Source of the DNA: an archaeon | GTDB lineage: Archaea > Asgardarchaeota > Thorarchaeia > Thorarchaeales > Thorarchaeaceae | Direction: 5' to 3' | DNA: 64,000 nt | NCBI GenBank assembly: GCA_024276825.1 | Contig: JAJRWI010000010.1 | Coordinates: 156,535 to 220,534 of the forward strand | Shown: piece after piece, positions 40,394-50,566 of the stretch | How positions within the stretch are numbered: position 1 is the first letter of the stretch | Layout: each line of letters opens with the position of its first letter | Translations under genes and position numbers: made by a program | Notes under the pieces: model-generated | What the model was told of the DNA's origin: nothing | Seen by the model: the letters and a program-made list of their open reading frames with translations, nothing else | The model's database searches: none

Positions 40394-41197
40394 ATGTTTG
40401 AAATCGACAAGTTCAACGACAGAGTCAGGGGCCTTAAGACAGCCACAGAATATGAGGGTAAAGCGATCATGTGGACATATGCGTATCTTATCGACAATGT
40501 ACTGTTTGATGCTGGCTGTGTAAACGGAATGAGTGAGTTGAATGAATATACTATGAAGAAGGGAGTTGAAAGAGTCTATATCACACACACTCATGAGGAT
40601 CATGTTGGAGCGTGTTCAGTACTCTCAAAATATGCAACGATATTTGCCAAGCCACAGCATATACCGTCCTTGAAGAGTCCACCTCAATACAGCGAGTTCT
40701 TTGTTTGGATCTGGGGGCAACCTGACCCCGTTGATAAAATCACCACAATGGACGATGAATTTGATGTTGGAGACCTATTGTTCAGGGTGATCGACCTTCC
40801 TGGGCATTGCCATGACACAATGGTCGGGTTCTATGAGGAAGACAAGAGATGGTTCTTCTCTGCAGATGGCGTTCCAGTGCCATCGAGAAAAAAGATTGCC
40901 ATGCAAGATGAGAATGTGGTTCAGGTGCTTGAAACTCTGAAGATGATCAGAGATATGGACATTGATGTCTTGTTTGACAGTCACCGAGGCCCAATTAAAG
41001 AGCCAGCCGAACATATTCAGAAGCGGATTGATTGGTTGACTGAGATTCAAATCAATGCCAAAGAACTGCATTCTCAAGGTCTATCAATTGAGGAGATTCA
41101 AGAGAAACTTGGTCTCAAAGTGCCATGGTATCTCAATGCCACTGATGAGAGATTTGGCGTGTTTTATTTGATCAAATCATTGCTCCTTGACAGCTAG
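40394..41197 (+). CDS. metallo-beta-lactamase-fold hydrolase
   Basis: THTHEDHVG, PGH, SAD, DSH. Confidence 0.85.
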   Translation: MFEIDKFNDRVRGLKTATEYEGKAIMWTYAYLIDNVLFDAGCVNGMSELNEYTMKKGVERVYITHTHEDHVGACSVLSKYATIFAKPQHIPSLKSPPQYSEFFVWIWGQPDPVDKITTMDDEFDVGDLLFRVIDLPGHCHDTMVGFYEEDKRWFFSADGVPVPSRKKIAMQDENVVQVLETLKMIRDMDIDVLFDSHRGPIKEPAEHIQKRIDWLTEIQINAKELHSQGLSIEEIQEKLGLKVPWYLNATDERFGVFYLIKSLLLDS

Positions 41198-42102
41198 ATT
41201 TGAGTTTGTTGCCAATCAGGTGGCATATCTTTCTCAGCGTGCCTTTCACGAGATGACTTTGCTAAGCCTGTGACATCAGTGCGACCAACAGCCCTGAGTC
41301 TGACCAGAGCATGGGGATAAGGATCTAGGAACTCTTCTTCAACACCACGTCTGATTGATGGATGAATATTAGATAATCGAGAGTATATCTCAAGTTTCTC
41401 TTCTTCCGTTGTGAATCTGGGATCAACCACAACCGCCACATGAAATGAAACCCCTGCATCCCACAGTCGCTCAGCCGCAATAAATGGGAGGTCAAGGAAT
41501 TTTTCCGAGCATCCAGTCTTCTCCACAAACGGCGCTGGCAATCCCCCACGTATAGAGAGCCGAACATGGCCCACAGTGTTATCATGAGGGTCTCGTGAGG
41601 CGTAGGTGGCAATCCTCTTTGCAACATCAGATTCGGTTCCAATGACTACGCCATTTGTTTCAATTACAAACAGGTCAAATGCCTTCAAGTCTTGATGGAC
41701 AAGATCAAGCACCTGATACAAGTGCTCTGGACATAAGGTCGGTTCAGCACCGCTGATTCGGGCCCTTCTAAGGCTCTGCTTTTGCATTATTGCACGTAGT
41801 TGTAAATAGACTTGTTCTGGCGAGTAAAACTCACCATATAGCTCTGGCCAGTCGCGACTCCAATCAACCCAACAGAAAACACATCTGAAATTGCAGCCAA
41901 CAGAGTAAGCAGTTGCGATTCCACCATAGACTCCAACTGCATAGAACTTTGTATATTTGCGATAGGGAGTGCCATCAACTTTCTTGCATACAATACCTCT
42001 TGTATACTGAGTCAGTTCTACTGGGTCCATAGGGAATGGGAGATCATACGAGCCATCAGGTCTTTTCCTTGCAAACCTAACTGGGATTTCAGAGTTTGGC
42101 AT
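41194..42102 (-). CDS. radical SAM protein
   Basis: YGGIATA..VGCNFRCVFCW, RISGAEP, IETNG. Confidence 0.88.
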   Translation of the reverse strand: MPNSEIPVRFARKRPDGSYDLPFPMDPVELTQYTRGIVCKKVDGTPYRKYTKFYAVGVYGGIATAYSVGCNFRCVFCWVDWSRDWPELYGEFYSPEQVYLQLRAIMQKQSLRRARISGAEPTLCPEHLYQVLDLVHQDLKAFDLFVIETNGVVIGTESDVAKRIATYASRDPHDNTVGHVRLSIRGGLPAPFVEKTGCSEKFLDLPFIAAERLWDAGVSFHVAVVVDPRFTTEEEKLEIYSRLSNIHPSIRRGVEEEFLDPYPHALVRLRAVGRTDVTGLAKSSRERHAEKDMPPDWQQTQI

Positions 42103-42291
42103 AGAATTCTTATGATGCAGAAACGTTTGATACTTTTGGTCGAAGTTTCAAGGCAGTCTAGGTCATAGCCTGGCCATTTTATTTGAGTTTCACCACATCA
42201 TCAATTAAAGCAATTGTCTTATCAATCAGTCCATTTAAGGTGTACTGGAGGGATACAATATCTATATAGTATTGTACTCAATGAGTACAAT

Positions 42292-43569
42292 ATGGAAACT
42301 CATACCCTGCAAAGGATAATGGAAGAATGGACCGAAATAATACCTAAAATGGACATAATTCCCAGACTGCAAGCGCCCGAGTTAACAACCAGAAAGGCGA
42401 ATGCAATATTTGGTTTGCGAAGATCAGGTAAGACATATCTGAGTTTTCAAATGGCACAAGAATTGAGGAATGTGGCATATATCAATCTGGAAGACGAGAG
42501 GGTCCCGAAACAAACTGAAATACTGACCTCTCTGATTCCAGCGGCCTCATCACTTTTGGAGGGCAAGAAGTTCTGGATAATTGTAGATGAGATTCAGTCA
42601 ATACCGCAGTGGGAAAGATGGGTAAACAGGGTTGTAGAGAGTAAAGAGGTCAACCTGATTATCACGGGTTCAACTCAAAGACTGAGTAGGACAGGGCTTC
42701 CAAAAGCAGTTCAGGGCAGGGTTAGAAGCTTTAGACTGTTCCCCTTGAGTTTTATAGAGTTCTTGAGATTCAACGAGTTCACACTCTCGAAGACACAGGT
42801 AGGGACTGGAAAGATTCTTGCTATGTTTGAGGAGTACATGAAATTTGGGGGCATGCCCAGCATTGTTCTTGAAAGATCAAATAATGAGAAGCTTCAGGAA
42901 GCAAGAGACCTGTTTGATGTGATTATTCTTCGAAACATAATAGAACAGTTCAATGTGAAAAATCCAAGAGTGATAAAGGACATGATAGCAATCGCTGCAA
43001 ATTCAAAACTTGTGAGCATAAGTCAGATGTATAAGAATCTATGCGGAATTGGTCATAGAGTTGGAAAGAGCACGGTTGCAGAATATCTTTCATATCCCGA
43101 ATCAGTGTTCTTTTACGAGCAGGTCAAAATATATGGGAAGAGTGTGAAGAGTGAGATTCAATACCCAAGAAAGATGTACCTTGCGGACAACATATTCTAC
43201 AAGATCTTATCAACTAGACTAAATAATTCCTGGCTCCTTGAGAGCCTAGTCTTTTGGGAACTGAGGAGAAAGTTCCCTAATCTTGAAGTGAGATACTGGA
43301 GATCTAAAGATGGACTGGAAGTCGATTTTGTCTTGTTGAAAAGAAATAGAATACATAGTCTAATTCAGGTCGCTCATAGCATAGAGGATGAGAGTACGCT
43401 AATGCGGGAAAAGAAGGCACTTGTAAAGGCCTCTCGTGAAACTGGTTGCAATAGGCTGCAGATTCTCACATGGAATGAGGAGCAAGATATCGAGCATGAA
43501 GGCAAAAGAATTGGGATTAGATCAGTATGGAGATGGATGCTCAGTGAGTTGATGGGCGTCAAAGAATAA
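42292..43569 (+). CDS. AAA+ ATPase (AAA_14/DUF4143) with C-terminal PD-(D/E)xK-like domain
   Basis: GLRRSGKT, DEIQ, ITGS, GGMP, K.YLAD, EVDFV..IQV. Confidence 0.88.
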   Translation: METHTLQRIMEEWTEIIPKMDIIPRLQAPELTTRKANAIFGLRRSGKTYLSFQMAQELRNVAYINLEDERVPKQTEILTSLIPAASSLLEGKKFWIIVDEIQSIPQWERWVNRVVESKEVNLIITGSTQRLSRTGLPKAVQGRVRSFRLFPLSFIEFLRFNEFTLSKTQVGTGKILAMFEEYMKFGGMPSIVLERSNNEKLQEARDLFDVIILRNIIEQFNVKNPRVIKDMIAIAANSKLVSISQMYKNLCGIGHRVGKSTVAEYLSYPESVFFYEQVKIYGKSVKSEIQYPRKMYLADNIFYKILSTRLNNSWLLESLVFWELRRKFPNLEVRYWRSKDGLEVDFVLLKRNRIHSLIQVAHSIEDESTLMREKKALVKASRETGCNRLQILTWNEEQDIEHEGKRIGIRSVWRWMLSELMGVKE

Positions 43570-43631
43570 TGAATGACAGGTTCAGAGTGTCTGGGGTGAC
43601 ACAATGAGTGCCATGGCCCACGGTGATATAG

Positions 43632-43660
43632 CGATATGCACAGCCAAACATAACAGTTAT
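43632..43660 (+). promoter_or_regulatory. operator-like motif upstream of tupA
   Basis: CGATATGCA-N5-AAACATAACAGTTAT, repeated at 46519-46547. Confidence 0.65.
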
Positions 43661-43702
43661 GTAGGGGAACATTTTGGCAGTATCTGGAGATGATTGTTCG
43701 CC

Positions 43703-44791
43703 ATGAAAAAAGAGAGAAAGGTACTACTCGGTGTGATTGCGATCGTCAGCATTGTGCTTGCATCAGGGATCACACTCTATCTATTACAGACACATGGAAG
43801 GCAGCAGTTGACAATCTCTACGACCACTAGTCTATATGACACTGGGCTTCTGGATACATTGAAGGAAGAATATGAGAACTCTCATCCAGAGGTCACTCTG
43901 GCATTCATATCGGCTGGAACTGGTATTGCAATAACTCATGCAATGAATGGTGATGCTGATCTAATTCTTGTTCATTCACCCTCGCAAGAGTACGACTTCA
44001 TGAATGCAAGCTATGGTGTCAATAGAAAGATATTCGCTTACAATTTTTTCATAATAGTGGGCCCTACGGAAGATCCAGCTGGAATTGAGGGTCTTGGGCC
44101 CATTGCAGCGCTCCAAAGAGTCTGCGAATATGGGAGAAACCAGAGTGGTCAGGTGTGGGTGTCACGGGATGACAACTCAGGCACGAACACCAAGGAGAAA
44201 GGTCTATGGAGCGAGGCGGGCTATGACTATGATGTGATCAAGAATGAGGCGTGGTTCGTGTCATCAGGGTCTGGGATGGGAACCACATTAAACATGGCCA
44301 ATGAGCTTCAGTTGTATACTCTGTCCGATATTGGCACTTTTCTAAAATATAGTGCAGAAGGATTAATCGAACTTGAGGGTCTTGTTCAGGCAGGAGAGAG
44401 CTTGCTAAACGTATACAGTGCCATTGCAGTGAACAGTACAAAGGTTCAGGGAGTCAAGTTCGATCTTGCCATGGAGTTCATTCAATGGATAGTTAATGAG
44501 GAGGCTCAGAGTATCATTGAGAATTATGGTGTCGAGGATCTTGGATCTCACTTGTTTTATGCAGCTGCTCAAATAGTAGAAACCAGCTCACCACCCGATA
44601 TCTATGGATGGATTAGGAACTATGCATTCTTTAAGTCACAGGGGCAGTTCTATGAGTGCCCACCAGAGTGGAGAGTTGGAAACTATGACCTATATTCATA
44701 CGAGGCATTATTAGCGACTAATCTCCAATTTAGGCATAGCGCCACATTGTTTCCCAGCACTTCAAGCATACAACATCTGAAGAGAGTGTGA
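43703..44791 (+). CDS. tupA: tungstate ABC transporter substrate-binding protein
   Basis: STTTSLYDTGLL, GTGIA, GDADLILVH, SRDDNSGT, Y.LSDIGT. Confidence 0.92.
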   Translation: MKKERKVLLGVIAIVSIVLASGITLYLLQTHGRQQLTISTTTSLYDTGLLDTLKEEYENSHPEVTLAFISAGTGIAITHAMNGDADLILVHSPSQEYDFMNASYGVNRKIFAYNFFIIVGPTEDPAGIEGLGPIAALQRVCEYGRNQSGQVWVSRDDNSGTNTKEKGLWSEAGYDYDVIKNEAWFVSSGSGMGTTLNMANELQLYTLSDIGTFLKYSAEGLIELEGLVQAGESLLNVYSAIAVNSTKVQGVKFDLAMEFIQWIVNEEAQSIIENYGVEDLGSHLFYAAAQIVETSSPPDIYGWIRNYAFFKSQGQFYECPPEWRVGNYDLYSYEALLATNLQFRHSATLFPSTSSIQHLKRV

Positions 44792-44797
44792 GAAGTA

Positions 44798-45460
44798 TTG
44801 TCATTGATTGGTGATTTAGTAGAGATCACATTGAGAAGCCTGTTTGTTTCAGGGATGGCTGCAGCTCTTGCTACAGCCATTGGATTGCCCATAGGTATGT
44901 TCATGGGATTGAAGAAGTTCCGGGCACAGCATGTATTAAAGGGGATATTTAATGGTCTGATGGCAATGCCCACTGTGGCCCTCGGTCTGGTGCTCTATTT
45001 GGTGTTTTCAAGATCGGGACCACTAGGCATCTTTGAGTTGCTTTACACTCCTTGGGCAATGGTCATAGGACAGTCGATTCTCATTCTACCAATTGTCATC
45101 AGTCTGACAACAGAAACCATTGAACATGTAGATCCCAAGATCAGGGAGCTGGCACTGACTCTCGGCGCAGACGAGAAGGCGGCAGGAGCTGCTGTACTTC
45201 GAGAGTCATTCGGAGGGATCTTGCTTGCGGTTTCAGCAGGGTTCAGTCGTGCAATCTCGGAGCTGGGCGTTGCTCTGATGCTTGGGGGAAACATAATTGG
45301 AATCACAAGGGTCTTGACAACTGCAATTGCTCTTGAAACCACAAGGGGAGAGATTGCACTTGGACTCGGTCTGGCGACAGTATTACTCTCACTCATGTTA
45401 ATAATCAACATGACACTGCGAGTGGCAGAGAAAAGGGTCAGGTGGTGGCTGTGGGAATAG
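44798..45460 (+). CDS. tupB: tungstate ABC transporter permease
   Basis: MPTVALGL, SRSGPLG, FSRAISELG..LMLGGNI...TRVLTTAI. Confidence 0.92.
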   Translation: MSLIGDLVEITLRSLFVSGMAAALATAIGLPIGMFMGLKKFRAQHVLKGIFNGLMAMPTVALGLVLYLVFSRSGPLGIFELLYTPWAMVIGQSILILPIVISLTTETIEHVDPKIRELALTLGADEKAAGAAVLRESFGGILLAVSAGFSRAISELGVALMLGGNIIGITRVLTTAIALETTRGEIALGLGLATVLLSLMLIINMTLRVAEKRVRWWLWE

Positions 45461-46515
45461 TCCAGATGAAAGATGTGCATGTGCATTTTGATGAGATTCA
45501 TGCACTGCGAGGTATCACCCTTGATGTGAGAGAGGGGGAGTTTCTCTCTCTCATGGGGCCCAATGGATCGGGAAAGACCACAACTCTCAGAGTGTTTGCA
45601 GGACTGTTGGCACCAACAGAAGGCGAGTTACTGTTCAAAGACACAACAATCACTGATGAGAACAGGAGTGTTTTGAGAGAGAATTCGACTGTTGTGTTTC
45701 AGACACCGATTCATTTTGGTACATCAGTATTCAAAAATGTCGCGTATGGTCTTCGAATTAGAGGTATCAGTGAGAGAGAGATTGAGAGAGTTGTTAAGGA
45801 GTCCCTAGCATTGGTCAGAATGGAGCATGCTGCAGAGAGACCCGCACGAGATCTCTCTGGAGGGGAACAGAGGCGTGTTGCTTTAGCAAGGGCCATAGCA
45901 CTCGATACCGACATACTGCTGCTGGACGAACCCACTGCGGATCTTGATAAGGAGAGCAAAGTCATTGTTGAGAAGGTATTGAGAAACATCAACAAAGACA
46001 GAGGAACAACGGTGATTCTGAGCACTCATGATGTATTCAGGGCCAAAAGGCTTGCAGACAGAATAGCATCGATTGATGCAGGTGAAATAAGAAGTATAGG
46101 ACCGGCAGATAGTGTATTTAGACTTGAGCTTGAAACCCTTGTTGATGAGACCGAACTCAGGAATGTGTTTAAAGGCCATGGAGTTATTGTTGATGAGGAT
46201 GGTGGAATACTACAGGTCACGCTTGAAAACGGAGTTGTAATCGAGGCTGTTGGAGAGAACACTGGTGAGGTCACTATAACAATCTCTCCAGATGACATTC
46301 TTGTGTCCAAGGAGAGAGTTCAATCAAGCGCAAGAAACTGTCTTAATGGGAGGGTGGTTTCGATTGAACAGGACAAGAACACCAGAGTGCTGCATGTAGA
46401 TGCTGGAGTTCCCATCAATGTGAACATTACACAGGCATCACTAGATAGACTTGGAATCAGGGAGAATGATCAAGTGTTTCTCACATTCAAGGCCTCCTCA
46501 GTCCTAGTATATTGA
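45442..46515 (+). CDS. tupC: tungstate ABC transporter ATPase with TOBE domain
   Basis: GPNGSGKT, LSGGE, LDEPT; SSARN.L.G.V...FKAS TOBE tail. Confidence 0.9.
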   Translation: MVAVGIVQMKDVHVHFDEIHALRGITLDVREGEFLSLMGPNGSGKTTTLRVFAGLLAPTEGELLFKDTTITDENRSVLRENSTVVFQTPIHFGTSVFKNVAYGLRIRGISEREIERVVKESLALVRMEHAAERPARDLSGGEQRRVALARAIALDTDILLLDEPTADLDKESKVIVEKVLRNINKDRGTTVILSTHDVFRAKRLADRIASIDAGEIRSIGPADSVFRLELETLVDETELRNVFKGHGVIVDEDGGILQVTLENGVVIEAVGENTGEVTITISPDDILVSKERVQSSARNCLNGRVVSIEQDKNTRVLHVDAGVPINVNITQASLDRLGIRENDQVFLTFKASSVLVY

Positions 46516-46518
46516 TTT

Positions 46519-46547
46519 CGATATGCATGTCAAAACATAACAGTTAT
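46519..46547 (+). promoter_or_regulatory. operator-like motif upstream of moaA
   Basis: Same 29-bp motif as upstream of tupA, 24 fixed positions identical. Confidence 0.65.
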
Positions 46548-46574
46548 TTCTGATTTGTGAGCAAGATTATAAGT

Positions 46575-47552
46575 ATGTCCGACTCCAAGCTCGACTCTGT
46601 TGACGAGGGAACAACGACCAGAGAGATTCATCCATTGATAGACAGGTTTGGACGTTCTGTGAACAATCTCAGAATTGCCCTCACACAGCGTTGTGATCAC
46701 AACTGCTTCTTCTGTCATAAAGAAGGCGAGTTTGAGATGGGCTCTGAGTTGAGTATTGATGAGATTGAAGCCATTGTCAGTCAGGCTGTGAGGTTTGGGA
46801 TAACAAGTGTCAAGCTGACTGGCGGTGAACCCCTGATACGCAAGGACATCATTGAGATAGTGGAGAGGTTAGCACCCCTTATCGATGACCTCTCCATCAC
46901 TACAAATGGGACTATGCTTGAAGGATTAGCAACGAGTCTTAAGGAGAGCGGACTTAATAGAGTCAATGTGAGTCTGCACACTCTACGCCCTGAGATTCAT
47001 AAGGCCCTCACTGGAGTCGATGATATCGAGAGGATTAAGCAGGGCATAATCACGGCTATTAAGGTGGGTCTGTCCCCAGTAAAAATTAACATGACTGTCA
47101 TCCGCGGATACAATGACAACGAGATTGATGACATGATTGAGTACTGCGGAGAGATAGGCGCCCATCTTCAACTTATCGAATTGCAAGAAATGCCAGAACT
47201 TGAAGGCTTCTCCTACAAGGATCTGTGGGCAGACATGAAGCAGATAGAGATGAATCTTAAGGCAAGAGCGTTCAAGGTTGAACGAAGAAACCTTCATTGG
47301 AGGAAACGTTATTCACTCATCTCAAGGAATGGACCTGTAGTAGTAGAAGTTGTCAGATCAATGCATAATCCTGAGTTTTGTCAACACTGTACACGACTCA
47401 GGATAACATCCAAGGGACAGATCAAACCATGTCTCTTGCGGTCCGACAACCTTGTGGACGCAAGACCATTCATAGAATCTGAGAGAAATCTGATAGAGGC
47501 CATTGAGAGAGCAGTACGGTTGAGAGAGCCATACTGGCAGGAGGAAGATTAG
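46575..47552 (+). CDS. moaA: GTP 3',8-cyclase
   Basis: DRFGR...LRI.LT..CDHNCFFCH.EG, TGGEP, FCQHCTRLRIT..G..KPCL. Confidence 0.95.
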   Translation: MSDSKLDSVDEGTTTREIHPLIDRFGRSVNNLRIALTQRCDHNCFFCHKEGEFEMGSELSIDEIEAIVSQAVRFGITSVKLTGGEPLIRKDIIEIVERLAPLIDDLSITTNGTMLEGLATSLKESGLNRVNVSLHTLRPEIHKALTGVDDIERIKQGIITAIKVGLSPVKINMTVIRGYNDNEIDDMIEYCGEIGAHLQLIELQEMPELEGFSYKDLWADMKQIEMNLKARAFKVERRNLHWRKRYSLISRNGPVVVEVVRSMHNPEFCQHCTRLRITSKGQIKPCLLRSDNLVDARPFIESERNLIEAIERAVRLREPYWQEED

Positions 47553-47554
47553 TC

Positions 47555-48433
47555 TTGATCGGAATAACCGAAAAGGACTTTTCAATTGACGATGTTATTA
47601 GAAAGACCCGAAGACCCGAGATGGGAGCCATTGTCACCTTCCTAGGTACTGTTAGAAACCATAGTAGAGGAAAGCAGGTCAAGAGGCTTGAGTTTGAGTC
47701 CTATGAGGGACTGGATGTTAAGAAGCTGCAGGATATTCGCAAAGAGGCTATAGAGAGATTTGGAGTGCTTGATGTTTCAATCGTTCATAGGGTTGGAGTG
47801 CTAGAGATCGGCGAGAACATTGTGATAATAGCAGTAGGTGCCGCACATCGCGATGAGGCCTTCAGAGCCTGTAGGTTCTGTATTGAACGTCTGAAAGAGA
47901 TTGTACCGATTTGGAAGAAGGAGTACACTGATGAGGGCGACTACTGGGTTGCAGAACAACACGAATATCACACCACTGCAAGTCCAGATCATGTGAGAAT
48001 GGTAAACATAACTGAGAAACCATTCAGTGTCAGAACTGCACAAGCCGTAGGAGATGTTGTCCTAAAATCTGAAACAGTAGAACTTGTCAGAACAGGCAAG
48101 ACAAAGAAGGGTAATGTAATTGCGGTATCTGAAACAGCAGGCATTATTGCTGCAAAGAAAACATCTGAGATCATCCCACTATGCCATCAGATCCCACTGT
48201 CATCTGTCAGTATAGCATTTGATTTTCTTGAGGACAGAATAAGGGCAAAATGCGAAGTGGCTGCCACATATGCCACAGGTGTAGAGATGGAGGCACTGGT
48301 GGGAGTCACTACTGCCCTGTTATCAGTGTGGGACATGGTCAAGTATCTTGAGAAGGATGAACATGGACAATATCCCACCTCACGAATTGAGGGCATCAGA
48401 GTTATGAGAAAGGAGAAGGTGCCTTTAGAATGA
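47555..48433 (+). CDS. moaE-moaC: MoaE-MoaC fusion protein
   Basis: N-half GAIVTFLGTVR, HRVG, AHR..AF, LK..VPIWKKE (MoaE); C-half MVNITEK, AAKKTSEIIPLCH, TGVEMEAL, WDMVK (MoaC). Confidence 0.92.
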   Translation: MIGITEKDFSIDDVIRKTRRPEMGAIVTFLGTVRNHSRGKQVKRLEFESYEGLDVKKLQDIRKEAIERFGVLDVSIVHRVGVLEIGENIVIIAVGAAHRDEAFRACRFCIERLKEIVPIWKKEYTDEGDYWVAEQHEYHTTASPDHVRMVNITEKPFSVRTAQAVGDVVLKSETVELVRTGKTKKGNVIAVSETAGIIAAKKTSEIIPLCHQIPLSSVSIAFDFLEDRIRAKCEVAATYATGVEMEALVGVTTALLSVWDMVKYLEKDEHGQYPTSRIEGIRVMRKEKVPLE

Positions 48434-48930
48434 GCCATGAACATAGACGTGATCAGAAGGTACAGACCGGATTTGCAGTCCTAGTAGTGAGTGACACAAG
48501 AACAGAACAGACTGACAAGTCCGGCAAGATTGCAATGGAGATGCTTAAGGCTGAGGGACATAGCATCATTGCTTATGACATTGTCAGAAACAGGGATGAT
48601 GAAATAAGGAATGCAATTAACAAATATCTCGCAGACAGTAAGATTAGAGTCATCATCACGAGTGGCGGTACAGGGCCTGGAGTGCGAGACCGTACAGTAG
48701 AAGTCTTGGAGAACATGTTTGACAGGCGATTTGATGGCTTTGGTGAACACTTCAGAAGGATCAGCTATGAAGAGATAGGGCTTCCTGCAATCTATAGTAG
48801 GTCTATAGCAGGAATAATTGGAAATACTATTGCCTACTGTCTTCCAGGCTCAAAGAATGCCATGAGAACAGCTCTAGAAAAGGTCATTCTCCCCAGCATT
48901 GGACATCTCTTATGGGAGGTCGACAGATGA
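48430..48930 (+). CDS. moaB: MoaB/MogA molybdopterin adenylyltransferase
   Basis: VSDTR..DKSG, TSGGTG...RD.T.E, GFGE.FR, SR, LPGS. Confidence 0.9.
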   Translation: MSHEHRRDQKVQTGFAVLVVSDTRTEQTDKSGKIAMEMLKAEGHSIIAYDIVRNRDDEIRNAINKYLADSKIRVIITSGGTGPGVRDRTVEVLENMFDRRFDGFGEHFRRISYEEIGLPAIYSRSIAGIIGNTIAYCLPGSKNAMRTALEKVILPSIGHLLWEVDR

Positions 48931-50141
48931 GTAAGATGGAACCATTCAAGCTCCTCGTTTCACAAGAGGATGCTGAAAAGATAATCAGGTCCAAATGCAG
49001 ACCAATTGAACGCACCGAGACCATCGACCTAGAGAGTGCGGTGGGTAGAGTTCTAGCACAGGATGTTATTGCTGACAGATCAGTCCCACCATTTGATAGG
49101 TCCGCAATGGATGGCTTTGCAGTCATTGCAGAAGACACTTTTGGGGCAGACGAGAGGGAGGTGTTTCTAGAGGTTGATGGAGTCATACATGCAGGAGAGG
49201 TTTCTGAGGTTGAGGTGATAAAAGGCCATTGCCTCCAGATTGCAACAGGATCCCCCATGCCAAAAGGTGCGGACGCTGTGGTCATGGTTGAGTTCACCGA
49301 ACAGCATGGAAACAGCATTCTAATCACCAAGCCTGTGTATCCAGGAGCTAATATTTCAAGAAAAGGGGAGGACATTAGGGAGGGAGATGTCGTTCTCAGG
49401 AAAGGTACATTCATGACGCCTGCTAAGGTGGGCACCATTGCCGCTCTTGGGATGATAGGCGTGGAGGTGTTTGCAAGACCAAGAGTCACTGTAATCCCAA
49501 CAGGAAAAGAGATTGTGCCGCCAGGGCAATCGCTCTTGCCGGGCCAGATCTATGATGTGAACTCTTATACATTATGTGCAATTCTACAGACCAATGGCGC
49601 AGATGTAAAGAGGCACCCTGTTGTCACTGATGATCTTGACAGCCTCAGAGCCGCCCTTGAAGGAGCACTAGATTCAGACTTGATTGTTCTCTCTGGAGGA
49701 AGTTCTGTTGGTGAGAAGGACTTGCTTGCTGGATTGGTGTCTGAGCTTGGCGAAATGCTGTTCCATGGAGTTCAGATAAAACCTGGAAAGCCCACATTAT
49801 TCGGTGTCATTGGGAAAACCCCTTTGTTCGGAATGCCAGGGTATCCCACATCGTGTCTCAGTAATGCCTACATATTTCTAGTGCCGACTATAAGAAGAAT
49901 GGCAAGGCTTCCAGAAACCCCATTGAGGACTGTTCAAGCAAAGATTGGAAAACGAATAGTATCAGCATCAGGCAGGAAACAGTTCCTCACTGTGAAGCTT
50001 GAGGAAGGAATTGCACAACCAGTATACAAGCACTCTGGAGCAATAACAAGTATGGCTAATGCAGATGGATATATCATCCTTCCAACAAATCTTGATGTGA
50101 TTGAAGAAGGAGAGATTGTTGAAGTCACTCTGTTTGAGTGA
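48927..50141 (+). CDS. moeA: molybdopterin molybdotransferase
   Basis: GRVLA.D, PPFDRSAMDGFA, IATG..MP.GADAVVMVE, SGGSSVG, KPGKP, PGYP. Confidence 0.95.
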   Translation: MSKMEPFKLLVSQEDAEKIIRSKCRPIERTETIDLESAVGRVLAQDVIADRSVPPFDRSAMDGFAVIAEDTFGADEREVFLEVDGVIHAGEVSEVEVIKGHCLQIATGSPMPKGADAVVMVEFTEQHGNSILITKPVYPGANISRKGEDIREGDVVLRKGTFMTPAKVGTIAALGMIGVEVFARPRVTVIPTGKEIVPPGQSLLPGQIYDVNSYTLCAILQTNGADVKRHPVVTDDLDSLRAALEGALDSDLIVLSGGSSVGEKDLLAGLVSELGEMLFHGVQIKPGKPTLFGVIGKTPLFGMPGYPTSCLSNAYIFLVPTIRRMARLPETPLRTVQAKIGKRIVSASGRKQFLTVKLEEGIAQPVYKHSGAITSMANADGYIILPTNLDVIEEGEIVEVTLFE

Positions 50142-50206
50142 GTCGTTTATGATATTAACTAATCAATGAACACGCACTCAATGATTTAATCAATCGGACT
50201 GGTGAT

Positions 50207-50452
50207 CTATCTCTTGTGTTCTTTCTCGTAGGTTTCCCAGCTCTCGGCTGCAGAGGTGGCCCCTCGTGAGCGCATCTCAGTGAGCACAAACTCGCGGATC
50301 TCTGAGGTTGTCAAAGAGCTCTCTGCTCTTGATTCCAACGAGCTTGCAATCTCTCTGGCAATCTCATAGGGACAGCCAGATTTGACAGCACTAACCACGA
50401 TCTTCTCGGGTATGAAGGGTTCTGTTGACCCACTTCTTTTTTTAACTTCCAA
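50207..50452 (-). CDS. stand-alone ATP-cone domain protein
   Basis: VKKRSG..EPF..EKI, T.EIREFV; TTG after GGAGG. Confidence 0.8.
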   Translation of the reverse strand: MEVKKRSGSTEPFIPEKIVVSAVKSGCPYEIAREIASSLESRAESSLTTSEIREFVLTEMRSRGATSAAESWETYEKEHKR

Positions 50453-50566
50453 ATACAATAGCCTCCAGAGTATGGGAGCTAACACACATCTCCATTCTGA
50501 ATATGTATTAAGCTCAAATAAACTATTGGTATAGCAGACATCTGAAATTATTGGGGCCACTCCTTG

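Noticed and set aside
43570-43700. Moco/Wco riboswitch upstream of tupA
   Set aside because: No convincing multi-stem structure was seen. The shared DNA motif with moaA is the better explanation.
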